Positions 54,240 through 63,910 of a stretch of DNA of 64,000 bases are shown here, one piece after another. Numbering within the stretch: position 1 is the first letter of the stretch; the number at the start of each line of letters is the position of its first letter. Made by a program: the position numbers and the translations under genes. Source of the stretch: Chloroflexota bacterium (GTDB lineage: Bacteria; Chloroflexota; Limnocylindria; P2-11E); NCBI GenBank assembly GCA_028876375.1, contig JAGWSB010000001.1:10233-74232 (forward strand). The letters are read 5' to 3'. The notes below the pieces were generated by a model. It searched no databases. It saw only the letters and a program-made list of their open reading frames with translations, and was not told the DNA's origin.

Positions 54240-55901
54240 CTATCGATCCATGTAGTTGACGGGATACGAGCCGTCCGGGAAGGCCCTGCTGTCGAAAGAC
54301 AGGGTGAAGGTCTCGCCGGGTTCGAGCCTCATGCCTCCGATCGCGTTGAGGTCGCCCTTGCTCGCGCTTGCGAACGTCGTCGCGTCGGTGGCGCGGAGAA
54401 CGACGTCGCGCCCGCTGAAGCGCTCGAGCGTCCCCTGACCGCCGGAGATGCGGGCGCGGACAGTACACGCGCTCTCGACCGCGACGACCGTCGCGCTCGT
54501 CTTGAGGTGCTGGATCTCGGCCGGGACGTGCGGATCCGGCGGCGTCAGGAAGACGTTGCACGGCGCAGGTGGCGCGGGCGCGAGGAGCACGTCGCGCGCG
54601 GCCTCGACACGCACGACGTCCATCGGCGCGAGCTCCTGGTGCATCGTCGCGAGGAGCGAGCCGTCCAGTGCGCTCAGGACGACGATGTTCCGCGAGCTGT
54701 CGTCCACGGCGTAGAGGCGTGTTCCGTCCGGCGCGAGGCCGAGGCTGTCGAACGACAGATCGCGCGCCCACATCGTGCGCTCGCGCAGCGACGTGGCGTC
54801 TATGACGACGAGGCCGGTGGTGCCCGCCGCGTAAAGCGTCCTCCCGTCGGGAGAGAGGCGTGCCCCGCCGCGCACGTAGCGCTTCGCCTCGGCGATCGGG
54901 AAGAGCGCGCGCAGAGCGGCTGGCGGATCGTCCTCGCTCGCGACCGGGATCCGCGCCGACCTCTTCAGGTTCATCGTGGGCGTCGTCGCGTCGATCTCAT
55001 CGATCCAGCCGAGCGCGGGATCGACCGCGTAGAGCGTCGCGCCGTCCGGAGACAGCGCGAGGCTCCAGAGCATGGACTTCTCGAAGTCGGACGAGGACTG
55101 GACGCCGGGGAGGTCGGTCTGGCTGATCCGGCGGCTGCCAAGATCGACCGTGCGGATGGACGGGCGCGCCGATCCGCCTCCGCTTTCTAGGAAGTACAGC
55201 CGCGCTCCATCCTTCGAGCGAACGGTCGCGCTCATGAAGCCATCGATCGGCGCATCGGCGCCCGGGAGCAGATCGCGTGACGCAGCGTCCCAGATGCGCA
55301 GACGGCTCTCACCGGCCCCGTATTGCGCTACCGCGACCGCGTCGCCTGCCGAGGCGATGCCGAGGACGGCGAGGGTCGTCGCGCCGCGATACTCGTTGCT
55401 CGCCCGCAGCGCGCCGCTCCGAAGATCGACGATGGCAAGGCCGCTCATCCACTCGTTGTCGATCTTCACCGCGCTGCGCGCGAGGACGAGCCACCGACCG
55501 TCGGCCGACGTCCCGATGGGGCCGTCGTTGGACTGTGCGAGGACCCAGTCGCCGTCGATCGTGAACGAGCGCTGCGTGTCGCCGGTCTCGGTGTCGATCT
55601 CGTCGATGCGCGTGCGCGTCGCGCCGTCGATGGCCTCGACGTGGTAGAGCTTGGAGCTGTCGGCGGACATGCTCCCTTCGGGGAGCGCGCCTTGGACCCG
55701 CGCGCTCCCGACGTCGATCCGCGTGACGTACGTGGTGACCGCGGTGTTGTACCCGGTCTCGCGCACATAGAGCGCGTCGCGGAGGCTGGAGGACGGCATC
55801 GGACCGGTCGTCGACGTCGAGCCCCGCGGCGCGCCACCCTGGACGACGCACGCCGCAGCAGCGAGCAAGAAGGTCAGGACCACGACTCGCCACGCACGCA
55901 T
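54240..55901 (-). CDS. secreted beta-propeller lipoprotein (YVTN/LVIVD-like repeats)
   Basis: Lipoprotein signal MRAWRVVVLTFLLAAAAC, then repeated G..LY.V / RL..SPDG.TLYA blocks typical of seven-bladed propellers. Confidence 0.6.
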   Translation of the reverse strand: MRAWRVVVLTFLLAAAACVVQGGAPRGSTSTTGPMPSSSLRDALYVRETGYNTAVTTYVTRIDVGSARVQGALPEGSMSADSSKLYHVEAIDGATRTRIDEIDTETGDTQRSFTIDGDWVLAQSNDGPIGTSADGRWLVLARSAVKIDNEWMSGLAIVDLRSGALRASNEYRGATTLAVLGIASAGDAVAVAQYGAGESRLRIWDAASRDLLPGADAPIDGFMSATVRSKDGARLYFLESGGGSARPSIRTVDLGSRRISQTDLPGVQSSSDFEKSMLWSLALSPDGATLYAVDPALGWIDEIDATTPTMNLKRSARIPVASEDDPPAALRALFPIAEAKRYVRGGARLSPDGRTLYAAGTTGLVVIDATSLRERTMWARDLSFDSLGLAPDGTRLYAVDDSSRNIVVLSALDGSLLATMHQELAPMDVVRVEAARDVLLAPAPPAPCNVFLTPPDPHVPAEIQHLKTSATVVAVESACTVRARISGGQGTLERFSGRDVVLRATDATTFASASKGDLNAIGGMRLEPGETFTLSFDSRAFPDGSYPVNYMDR

Positions 55902-55993
55902 CGTCTTCCCTACAGATCGCGCCGCTCGCTGGTTCCCGGCCGTGTGGGAACCCGCGCCGCGTGTCGTTGTATGGACCGTAGGATCCGACTCCT

Positions 55994-56557
55994 GTGGAGG
56001 GCCGACCACTGGAGCGACCGAGCGACGACGATCTCGTGGAGCGTGCGCGCAGCGGTGACAAGGACGCTTACGGCATCCTCGTCACGAGCTACGAGGCGCT
56101 CGCCTATCGGGTCGCCTATGCGATCACCAAGAGCGAGAGCGAGGCGGAGGATGCGGCGCAAGACGCGTTCGTGAAGGGGTACTTCGCGCTCGAGCGCTTC
56201 CGGGCCGGAGCGCCGTTCCGTCCCTGGATCCTCCGGATCGTCGCGAACGAGGCCAAGAACCGGCGCAACGCGGCGGCGCGCCGCCCGGCGCTGGAGCTGG
56301 ACGCCGCGGCGGACCGCGCCTCGAGCGAGACGGCCCTCTCGCCCGAGGACGCGGCGCTCGCGGCGGAGCGGCGCGTACGTCTCCTCGCCGCGGTGAACGG
56401 GCTGCGTGATGACGACCGCCTCGTCCTCACGTACCGCTACTTCCTCGATCTCTCCGAGGCGGAGATGGCGGACGTCCTCGGGATCGCGCGGGGCACGGTC
56501 AAGTCGCGCCTCTCGCGCGCGCTGGGGCGATTGCGCGAGGTGTACCGAGGTGCCTGA
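55994..56557 (+). CDS. ECF (sigma-70 family) RNA polymerase sigma factor; GTG start
   Basis: Regions 2 (YGILVTSYEALAYRVAYAITKSESEAEDAAQDAFVKGY) and 4 (LSEAEMADVLGIARGTVKSRLSRALGRLRE) are present. 187 aa. Confidence 0.8.
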   Translation: MEGRPLERPSDDDLVERARSGDKDAYGILVTSYEALAYRVAYAITKSESEAEDAAQDAFVKGYFALERFRAGAPFRPWILRIVANEAKNRRNAAARRPALELDAAADRASSETALSPEDAALAAERRVRLLAAVNGLRDDDRLVLTYRYFLDLSEAEMADVLGIARGTVKSRLSRALGRLREVYRGA

Positions 56558-57377
56558 GCTCGAGATGGATGACACCCAGCTCGCGTCGGCACTCGTCGAT
56601 CTTGGCGCTCACCTCGCGTACCCCGAGCGTCCGAGCATCCGAACAGCGGTCCTGCGTCGGATCGACGCGTCCAGCCGTCCCTCTCTCTGGGGGCGCATCG
56701 CGTCGCCTCGACGCGGCCTCGCACCGGCCCTGATCGCGCTCGCGCTCATCCTCGTCGCCGTCCTCGCGTCGGTCCCGGCCGCGCGCGCCACGGCGCAGGA
56801 GATCCTGCGGCTCCGAGGTGTTGAGATCTTCCGCGGCCCGACCGCGACCGCGTCGCCGACCCGCGCACCGACCGCGACGTCGGCGGGGGCGGCGCTCGGC
56901 CTCGGTGACCTCGTGTCGCTCGACGAGGCGGCTCGGCGGCTCGGCCACCCGCTGCTCGTCCCGAGCGATCAGATCCTCGGCGCGCCGGACGAGGTGTACG
57001 TCTTCTCGCGCGGGTCCGTCACTGAGGTCTCGCTGGTCTACCTCTCGCGTCCGGGCATACCGCCATCCCCGCAGGCCCACGTCGCGGCCCTCGTGAGCGA
57101 GGTCACGGATGCCGCCGTTCAGCCCGCCTTCTTCGCCAAGGTGGCGGGGCAAGCGACGCGCATCGACGAGGTCACGGTGAACGACGGCCCGGGCTACTGG
57201 CTCGAGGGCGAGCCGCACGACGTCTTCTACCAGCTGGAAGGCACCGGGGGAGTGATCGATGAGCAGCTGCGCCTCGCCGGCAACACACTCTTGTGGGAGC
57301 AGAGTGGCGTGCTCGTGCGGATGGAGGCGCAAGTCGACAAGACGACCGCGCTGAGGATCGCGTCTTCGTTCCGCTAG
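56550..57377 (+). CDS. anti-sigma factor (single-pass membrane protein with a C-terminal extracytoplasmic domain). The start is the GTG at 56550 or the ATG at 56565.
   Basis: It immediately follows, and overlaps, the ECF sigma gene. A central membrane helix (LAPALIALALILVAVLASV) separates a short cytoplasmic N-terminus from a roughly 190 aa outer domain. Confidence 0.6.
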   Translation: MPELEMDDTQLASALVDLGAHLAYPERPSIRTAVLRRIDASSRPSLWGRIASPRRGLAPALIALALILVAVLASVPAARATAQEILRLRGVEIFRGPTATASPTRAPTATSAGAALGLGDLVSLDEAARRLGHPLLVPSDQILGAPDEVYVFSRGSVTEVSLVYLSRPGIPPSPQAHVAALVSEVTDAAVQPAFFAKVAGQATRIDEVTVNDGPGYWLEGEPHDVFYQLEGTGGVIDEQLRLAGNTLLWEQSGVLVRMEAQVDKTTALRIASSFR

Positions 57378-57386
57378 GGTCGGTGC

Positions 57387-58025
57387 GTGACCGTCGCGTT
57401 CCTTCTCGACGTCGACAACACCCTCCTCGACAACGACGCGGCGAAGAGGGAGATCGACGCGCGCATCCTCCGCTCGTTCGGTGAGCGCGTGCGAGCGACG
57501 TTCTGGGACATGTACCAGCGGACCCGGTCCGAGCGCGGCGTCATCGACTATCCCGCCGCGCTCGCCCGGCTCCACGCCGTGATGCCCGAGGTACCCGACG
57601 AGCTCGACGCGATCGTGTGGGAGCTTCCGTACGACCGCTTCGTCTACCCGGCGTCCCTCTCGGTGATCGCGGCCATGCGCGGGATCGGCCGGCCGATCGT
57701 CGTCAGCGACGGCGACACGGTCTACCAGCCGCTGAAGATCGCGCGGGCCGGGATCGGCGGTGCGGTAGGAGGACGAGTGCTGATCTTCACCCACAAGGAA
57801 GAGCACCTGCGGGAGATCCGCGAGGCGTATCCCGCTGAGCGCTACGTCATGGTCGACGACAAGGCGACGATCCTCGCCCGGGTGAAGGGCGAATGGGGCG
57901 ACCTCGTGGTGACGGTGCACGTGCGGCAAGGCCACTACGCGGATGACCGCCCGCCCCGCCCTCCCGATGTCTGCGTGGCGTCGATCGCGGATCTGCCGGC
58001 GGCCCTGCCGTCGCTCGCCCGCTAG
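57387..58025 (+). CDS. HAD-superfamily hydrolase
   Basis: DVDNTL motif I at the N-terminus (FLLDVDNTLLDND), a motif III Lys, and DD near the C-terminus (VMVDDKATI). Confidence 0.7.
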   Translation: MTVAFLLDVDNTLLDNDAAKREIDARILRSFGERVRATFWDMYQRTRSERGVIDYPAALARLHAVMPEVPDELDAIVWELPYDRFVYPASLSVIAAMRGIGRPIVVSDGDTVYQPLKIARAGIGGAVGGRVLIFTHKEEHLREIREAYPAERYVMVDDKATILARVKGEWGDLVVTVHVRQGHYADDRPPRPPDVCVASIADLPAALPSLAR

Positions 58026-58080
58026 CGGACGCCCTCGTCCGCGGTCGAGCCTCGCGGAGGATCGAGAGGAAAGGAGCTGT

Positions 58081-58153
58081 GCCGAGGGCCGGACTTGAAC
58101 CGGCGACACCGACTTCTTCAGAGTCGTGCTCTACCAGCTGAGCTACCTCGGCT
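58081..58153 (-). tRNA. tRNA-Phe (anticodon GAA)
   Basis: On the minus strand the sequence GCCGAGGTAGCTCAGCTGGTAGAGCACGACTCTGAAGAAGTCGGTGTCGCCGGTTCAAGTCCGGCCCTCGGC folds as a cloverleaf with anticodon loop CTGAAGA. Confidence 0.85.
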
Positions 58154-58280
58154 CGACGCGGAGGGGTACCACCATTCTACTAAGCGCGACGACTCGGTCG
58201 ACCGTTCCGGATGGACTGGCGATGCCGCTGCCCCCGAAGAAGGACGCTATGGGAGTCTCGAACCATCCAGGGGATCAGAC

Positions 58281-59207
58281 TTAGCCCGCTGTCTCTTCGA
58301 TGCCGCGCTCGCTGCCGCCGTTCGCCGTCGGCAGCTCCCCCGCGGCCGGGATGATCTCACGGGCGAAGGTCTCGAGCGGACGGATGTCGCGCACGTTCGG
58401 CATGTTGAAGATGGCGTGCTGGACGCCGAGCCGCGCGAGCGCGCGGAGGTGCGAGCGGACGTCCTCCGGCGTCTGCTGCCCCGGCGCGAGGTGCGCCGTG
58501 CTGAGCGTCGTGACCTCGATATCGCCGATCGCGCGCCCCTCGGCCTCGCAGTGGCGCCGCAGCACGTCGATCTTGTGCTCCACCACGTCCAGCCCCGGAC
58601 GGGTGAACAGGTTGCAGGCGTCGGCGTAGCGGGCGGCGAGGCGCAGCGTCCGCTTCTCGCCGCCGCCGCCGACCATGATCGGCGGGTGCGGCCGCGACAG
58701 CGGCGCGGGGACGTTGAGCGGCTCGGCGAAGGTGTGGAAGGGGCCCTCGAAGCTCGAGCTGTCGCCGCCGAACATGCGGTGCGCGAGCTGGAGCGTCTCC
58801 TCGAGCCGCCGCATCCGCTCGCCCACGCTCGGGAACGGCACGCCGAGACCGCGCGACTCGTCCTCGTTCCATCCCGCGCCGACACCGAAGTACGCGCGCC
58901 CGCCGGACAGGACGTCGAGGGTCGTGACCGTCTTCAGGAGGATCCCCGGCTGGCGGTAGATGACGCCGGTCACGAGAGTGCCGAGCGTCACGCGCCGCGT
59001 GAGCGCCGCCAGGTACGAGAGCGCGCTGTATCCCTCGAGCATCGGGTCGGTCTTCGGCCCCACGCCCGGTATCTGGAAGAAGTGGTCCATCACCCAGAGG
59101 CTCGAGAAGCCGGCATCCTCGGCGGCGCGCGCGATCTCCGCGAGCCCGCCGGGGATCGCCTGCGGTCCGTCCCACTTGAACGCGGGGAGCTGCAGCCCGA
59201 TCTTCAT
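58281..59207 (-). CDS. LLM-class (luciferase-like) flavin/F420-dependent oxidoreductase
   Basis: 308 aa TIM-barrel LLM pattern: N-terminal MKIGLQLP, then SLWVMDHF, LGTLVTGVIYRQPGILLK and YFGVGAGW. Confidence 0.75.
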   Translation of the reverse strand: MKIGLQLPAFKWDGPQAIPGGLAEIARAAEDAGFSSLWVMDHFFQIPGVGPKTDPMLEGYSALSYLAALTRRVTLGTLVTGVIYRQPGILLKTVTTLDVLSGGRAYFGVGAGWNEDESRGLGVPFPSVGERMRRLEETLQLAHRMFGGDSSSFEGPFHTFAEPLNVPAPLSRPHPPIMVGGGGEKRTLRLAARYADACNLFTRPGLDVVEHKIDVLRRHCEAEGRAIGDIEVTTLSTAHLAPGQQTPEDVRSHLRALARLGVQHAIFNMPNVRDIRPLETFAREIIPAAGELPTANGGSERGIEETAG

Positions 59208-61057
59208 CAGTACGTCGGGTCCTGCTGCGGTCGCCCGGGCCGCTGCTGCGGGGGCGCGCCCTCGATGAGCTGTTGGATCCCGCGCTGCTCGCTCTGCAGC
59301 GCGTCGAGGAGCTGCAGCGCTTCGTCGGGCGTCAGCTGCGAGCGGAACTGCCGCAGCGCGTCCTGAACGCTCGGCCCCGTCTGTTGCGTGTCCGTCGACG
59401 GCGCGCCCTGCGTCTGCGGCGCGGCGTTCCCCGTCTGCGATCCCTGCTGATCGGCCGGCGACGGCTGCTGCCCCGACGTGTCCGTGCCGCTGCTCTGCGA
59501 CTGGCCGCTCGGGTCCTGCTGGCCCTGCTGCCCCGGCTGCTGCTGCCCCTGGCCGGAGGACTGCTGCGTCGCCCCGAGCACGCGGTCGATGACCTCGATG
59601 TTGAACTTCGCGTCGCGGTCGCCCGGATCGATGCGCAGCGCGTCCTTGTACGCCTCGCGCGCCTCGTCGAGCTTGCCCATCCGGTAGAGCGTGTTGCCCT
59701 TCTGGTAGTCGGCGATGGCGCGCGTCCTCGCGTCGCCCTGGCGGATCCCGACCGCGTACTGGTCGAGCGCCTGCTGGTACTTCCCCAGCTTGTGCAGCGC
59801 GTTGCCCGCGTCGACGTGCAGCTGCGCGACCCCGGGGTGGTCGGTGAGGAGCGCACGGTAGCGGTCGAGCGCGGCCTGCGCGTCCCCGGAGAGGTAGAGC
59901 TTATCCGCGTCGGTCGTCGAGACCTGGGTGCACGCGCCGGCGACGACCATCACGAGGAAGAGCCACGGCGCGGCGCTGCGGACGAACGCGGGGAGGAGCG
60001 TGCGCCGGCGCGGCGGCGCGGCCGGCGACGGCAGCCAGCGCGGGCGCGGCATGTCGCGCCGCTCGCTGAGGAGGCCCTCCGCGATGAGCGCGGCGACGGC
60101 GAGCGCGAGCGGGATCTGGTAGTGGTCGTCGGGAACGGAGCCGCCGTCGGCCTCGCCGAGCTGCGCGAGGTCGAGCCGCTCGAGCTCGGTGCGGACGTCG
60201 TTCGCCGCTGGGGCCGGCGACGCCACGTGCCAGTAGCGGCCGCCGGTCGCCTGCGCGAGCGCCTGCATCGGCGCCTCCGTCAAATGGCTGATGACCTGCT
60301 CCCCGTTCGCGCGCTTGAGGTAGCCGACGAACGTCCCCTTCGTGTCGTACGTCGGGATGGGCCCGCCCGCCGTCGTCCCGACGCCGAGCGCGTAGACGTG
60401 CACGCCGCGTTCCTTCACGGTCGCGAGGTCCGGCGCGTCGCCCGAGAGGTCCTCGCCGTCGGTGACGAGGATCACCGCTTTGTTGCGCGTCGTCCCACGC
60501 GCCTCGTCGGAAAAGGCCTGCAGCGACGCGTCGATCGCGCCGCGCAGCGATGACCCGCCCTTGGGCTTGAACGCCGGGGTGACCGCGTCGAGCGAGCCCC
60601 CGAGGATGGTCGGGTCGTCCGTCGCCGGATAGCGGATCAGGCCGTTGCCGGCGAAGAAGATGAGCGACACCCGGCTCTGCGTCATGGTGTCGCCGAGCTC
60701 CTGGATCACCGACTTCGCGAGGCCGAGCCGGTCGGGGTCGACGTCGCGCGTCGCCATGCTCTGCGAGACGTCGAGCGCGACGACGACGTCGACGCCGCTC
60801 TGCACCACCTTCTTCCGCACGACGTCGACGTACGGGCCGGCGAGCGCGAGGACGGAGAGGGCCGCCGCGGCGAGGAGGAGCGCGAGCTTGATCCGCCGCT
60901 GCCGCGCGTCCGACGACGCCAGCTCCGCGCCGCGTCCGGCGAACGCGGCGGTCGCCCGCGCCCGACGCGCCTCCGACCACACTGCGAGCACCACGAGGAG
61001 GGCGACCGCCACGAGCAGCGGCAGCGCCTCCGGACGCGCGAAGCCCGCGCTCGGCAT
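59207..61057 (-). CDS. VWA-domain / TPR-repeat fusion membrane protein (BatB plus BatC-like) with a Gln-rich C-terminal tail
   Basis: Two N-terminal membrane helices and a VWA domain with MIDAS residues (DVSQSM..T..D), followed by a membrane segment and lipobox-like LVMVVAGAC, then TPR repeats and a roughly 100 aa Q/G/S-rich tail. There is no stop codon between the VWA and TPR parts. Its start overlaps the batA-like stop as TGATG. Confidence 0.65.
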   Translation of the reverse strand: MPSAGFARPEALPLLVAVALLVVLAVWSEARRARATAAFAGRGAELASSDARQRRIKLALLLAAAALSVLALAGPYVDVVRKKVVQSGVDVVVALDVSQSMATRDVDPDRLGLAKSVIQELGDTMTQSRVSLIFFAGNGLIRYPATDDPTILGGSLDAVTPAFKPKGGSSLRGAIDASLQAFSDEARGTTRNKAVILVTDGEDLSGDAPDLATVKERGVHVYALGVGTTAGGPIPTYDTKGTFVGYLKRANGEQVISHLTEAPMQALAQATGGRYWHVASPAPAANDVRTELERLDLAQLGEADGGSVPDDHYQIPLALAVAALIAEGLLSERRDMPRPRWLPSPAAPPRRRTLLPAFVRSAAPWLFLVMVVAGACTQVSTTDADKLYLSGDAQAALDRYRALLTDHPGVAQLHVDAGNALHKLGKYQQALDQYAVGIRQGDARTRAIADYQKGNTLYRMGKLDEAREAYKDALRIDPGDRDAKFNIEVIDRVLGATQQSSGQGQQQPGQQGQQDPSGQSQSSGTDTSGQQPSPADQQGSQTGNAAPQTQGAPSTDTQQTGPSVQDALRQFRSQLTPDEALQLLDALQSEQRGIQQLIEGAPPQQRPGRPQQDPTY

Positions 61058-62043
61058 CAGGGCGCCCGCCTCAGGACCGTGAGCGACGCGAGGCCCTCGA
61101 GGAGCAGGAGCAGCACGCCGCCGAGGAGGAACGGCGCCATGACGTCCTCGTACGACGCGTTCTCGGTCCGCAGGCCGACGCGGCTGCGCTCGAGCTGCGC
61201 GATCTCCGCGTAGATCTGGCGCAGCGCGCTCTCGTCGGAGGCGGCGAAGTACCGGCCCCCGGTGGTCTCCGCCATCTCCTTCATGAGCTGCTCGTCGACC
61301 TCGACCGTGCCGCGCTGGCGCTCGTCCGCGGGCACCGCGCCGATGGTGTAGACGCGCACCCCGAGGAGCTTCGCGGCCTTCGCCGCGTCCAGCGGGGTGA
61401 TCGTTCCGGTGTTGTTCTCGCCGTCGGTGAGGAGGATGACCACCTTCGAACGCGCCGCCGAGTCGCGCAGCACGTTGAGCGCGGTCGCCAGGCCGGTCCC
61501 GATCGCGGTCGCGCCGCCGACGAGCCGACCGTCCGGCTGGAGCGGATCGGCCATCTTCTGCACGACCGCGTGGTCGAGCGTGAGCGGCGAGAGCACGAGC
61601 GACTCGCTCCCGAAGACGACGAGGCCGACGCGGTCGTTGGTGAGGGCGCCGACGAAATCGTGGACGACGCGCTTCACCGCGCCGATGCGCGTCTGCCCGT
61701 TGCCGAAGTCCGGCGACGACATCGAGCCCGAGACGTCGAGCGTGATGGCGATGTCGATCCCCTGCGCCGGGATCTCCGACGCGCGGACCATCTGCGGCCG
61801 CGCGAGCGCGACGATGACGAGGACGATCGCGGCGACGCGGACCGCCGGGAGGAACGGCCGCAGGCGCGCGCGCCACGGGCGTCTTGGGCTCGGGAGAAGG
61901 CCGATCGACGAGAAGAGGAGCCCGTCTCCGCGGCGCCGCTGGCGACGGACCGCGAGCGCGACGAGCGCGGGTACGGCGAGGAGGAGCCCGAGGATGACCG
62001 GGTCGGCGAAGCGAAGGACGAAGCCGAGGACGTCGACGCTCAC
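61057..62043 (-). CDS. VWA-domain membrane protein (BatA-like)
   Basis: Two N-terminal membrane helices, a VWA domain with LDVSGSMSS MIDAS residues, and a C-terminal membrane helix. 328 aa. Confidence 0.75.
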   Translation of the reverse strand: MSVDVLGFVLRFADPVILGLLLAVPALVALAVRRQRRRGDGLLFSSIGLLPSPRRPWRARLRPFLPAVRVAAIVLVIVALARPQMVRASEIPAQGIDIAITLDVSGSMSSPDFGNGQTRIGAVKRVVHDFVGALTNDRVGLVVFGSESLVLSPLTLDHAVVQKMADPLQPDGRLVGGATAIGTGLATALNVLRDSAARSKVVILLTDGENNTGTITPLDAAKAAKLLGVRVYTIGAVPADERQRGTVEVDEQLMKEMAETTGGRYFAASDESALRQIYAEIAQLERSRVGLRTENASYEDVMAPFLLGGVLLLLLEGLASLTVLRRAP

Positions 62044-63008
62044 GCCGTCGCCCCCCCGCGCACGAGCTCGTACTCCTCCGCGACGACCGACTTACGCATC
62101 GACTCGATGAGTTCGCGCATCGTCTTCTGCGCGCGCGCCGGGAAGATCGACCGCTCCTCGTAGCGGACCGACTCCGCGTCGCCGAGCACCTCGCACAGGA
62201 GCTCGACCTGCGCGCGCGGAACGCTCGCCCGCTCGAGGTCGCGGCGCAGCTCGCGCGCCGTGCGCGCGTCCGCGACCACGCCGTACCGCCGGCCGAGGAA
62301 GCGCCGCAGCGCCGCCGACACGAGGTCGTAGTGCTCGAGCGTGCGTCCCTGCTCGGGGAGCCGCAGCTCGGCCACGCGCTCCAGCTCGTCGAGCGCCTCG
62401 CGCGCCGCGCGGGTGACGCCGACCTCGTCGAGCGCGATCCGCCGGCGCCGCGCGACGCGGAGCGCGAGCGCGGCGATGAGCACGAGGAGCAGCGCGACGG
62501 CGGCGAAGGGCGCCGCGCGCGCGAGGAGATCGCCCTGCGCGACGGGCATGGGGAGCGGCGGCTTGAGCGGCTTGATGTCGCTGACGTCCTCGCCGGGCGC
62601 GATGACGCTCTTGACGGCGATGACGAGCGGGCCCTGCGTCGGAGCCTGTCCGGCCTGTCCGTTCGCGTCGCGGTATCCGACGACGATCTGCGGGACCTGC
62701 TTCTGGCCGAGGTCGAAGGTCGTGAGGACATAGCGCAGCTGCACGCGCGTCGATCCGTCGGTGAGGCGCGTCTGCAGGACGGTGAGCACGTCGACGACCT
62801 CGAAGTCGCCGATGGCGCGGGGCACCCCCGGCGAGAGGAGGTCGTATCCCTTCGCCAGGTCGACGGTGACGGTCAGGAGGACCTGGTCGCCGATCGTCAT
62901 CGTCGTGCGATCGACCTCGGAGCGCGCGGTGACCGGGCCGCCGTCGGCCGCGGCGACGCTCGGGACGAGCGCGAGCAGGAGCGCGGCGAGGACGACCGCG
63001 CGCCTCAC
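62040..63008 (-). CDS. hypothetical secreted/membrane protein of the MoxR-VWA cluster. Its GTG start overlaps the DUF58 stop as GTGA.
   Basis: Signal peptide VRRAVVLAALLLALVPSVAAADG, a roughly 150 aa extracytoplasmic domain, a membrane helix (AAPFAAVALLLVLIAALAL), and a roughly 120 aa cytoplasmic tail. Confidence 0.5.
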   Translation of the reverse strand: MRRAVVLAALLLALVPSVAAADGGPVTARSEVDRTTMTIGDQVLLTVTVDLAKGYDLLSPGVPRAIGDFEVVDVLTVLQTRLTDGSTRVQLRYVLTTFDLGQKQVPQIVVGYRDANGQAGQAPTQGPLVIAVKSVIAPGEDVSDIKPLKPPLPMPVAQGDLLARAAPFAAVALLLVLIAALALRVARRRRIALDEVGVTRAAREALDELERVAELRLPEQGRTLEHYDLVSAALRRFLGRRYGVVADARTARELRRDLERASVPRAQVELLCEVLGDAESVRYEERSIFPARAQKTMRELIESMRKSVVAEEYELVRGGATA

Positions 63009-63910
63009 ATGCGCCTCGAACGGGTCCGGAACAGCGCCATGAGCGGCGGGATGTACGGGCGGTCGGTGAAGAGCTCCACGCTGTCGACGCCCATCCGCGC
63101 GAGCACGCGGCGGCGCTCGAGGCGGCGCTCCTGGGCGGCCTCGGCATAGGCGGCGCGCAGCCGCTTGTCGCTCGTGTTCACCTCGACGGTCTCGCCGGTC
63201 TCGGCGTCCTCGAGCGCGACGATGCCGACGGACGGGAGCTCCAGCTCCCGCGGGTCGATGAGCACCAGCGTGATGACGTCGTGCTTCTGGGCGAGCGTGC
63301 GCAGGGGCGCCTCGAACGACGTATCGAGCAGATCGGAGACGAAGAACACGACGCCGCGCTTCTTCGCGACGTTCCCGAGGAAGTGCGCCGCGCCGGCGAC
63401 GTCGGTCGGAGCGCGGCGGCCCTCCGCGTAGAGCAGCTGGCGGATGACGTGGAGCGCATGGTCGCGCCCGACGCGCGGCGGGATGAAGTCGTCGATACGA
63501 TCGGAGAACAACAGGAGCGACGCACGGTCGTAGTTCCGCAGAGCGGCGACGGCGAGGAGCGCGCCGACGTCGGCCGCGAGCTCGCGCTTGCTCTGCCGGA
63601 CCGTCCCGAACCACGACGAGGCCGAGATGTCGACGGCGACGTAGACGTTCAGCGAGCGCTCCTCGCGGTACTTCTTGATGTAGGGGACGCCCATGCGCGC
63701 GGTGACGTTCCAATCGATCGAGCGGATCTCGTCGCCGGGCTCGTATTCGCGGACCTCCTCGAACTCGAGGCCCGATCCCTTGAAGACCGAGCGGTAGGTC
63801 CCGACGAGCATCTCGTCGGCCAGCACGCGCGCGCGGACCTCGACCTCGCGGATCTTCCGGAGGACCTCCTCGGGGACCGGTCCTCGCGAAGAGGCCGTGG
63901 CCGCCGGCAT
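63005..63910 (-). CDS. DUF58 domain protein (MoxR-associated)
   Basis: IRSIDWNVTARMG motif and overall DUF58 layout. The ATG sits directly after the stop of the upstream MoxR-like gene (TAGATG). Confidence 0.75.
   Translation of the reverse strand: MPAATASSRGPVPEEVLRKIREVEVRARVLADEMLVGTYRSVFKGSGLEFEEVREYEPGDEIRSIDWNVTARMGVPYIKKYREERSLNVYVAVDISASSWFGTVRQSKRELAADVGALLAVAALRNYDRASLLLFSDRIDDFIPPRVGRDHALHVIRQLLYAEGRRAPTDVAGAAHFLGNVAKKRGVVFFVSDLLDTSFEAPLRTLAQKHDVITLVLIDPRELELPSVGIVALEDAETGETVEVNTSDKRLRAAYAEAAQERRLERRRVLARMGVDSVELFTDRPYIPPLMALFRTRSRRM

Noticed and set aside
59273-60553. 426 aa plus-strand ORF antisense to the VWA-TPR gene
   Set aside because: R/L/A-rich composition with no motifs. 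The opposite strand encodes recognisable VWA and TPR domains.
60052-61057. Possibility that the BatB-like VWA part and the BatC-like TPR part are separate genes
   Set aside because: No stop codon separates them in the shared frame, so I report them as one fused gene. The internal lipobox-like segment and the Met at 60052 could still mark an internal start, but I cannot support that from sequence alone.
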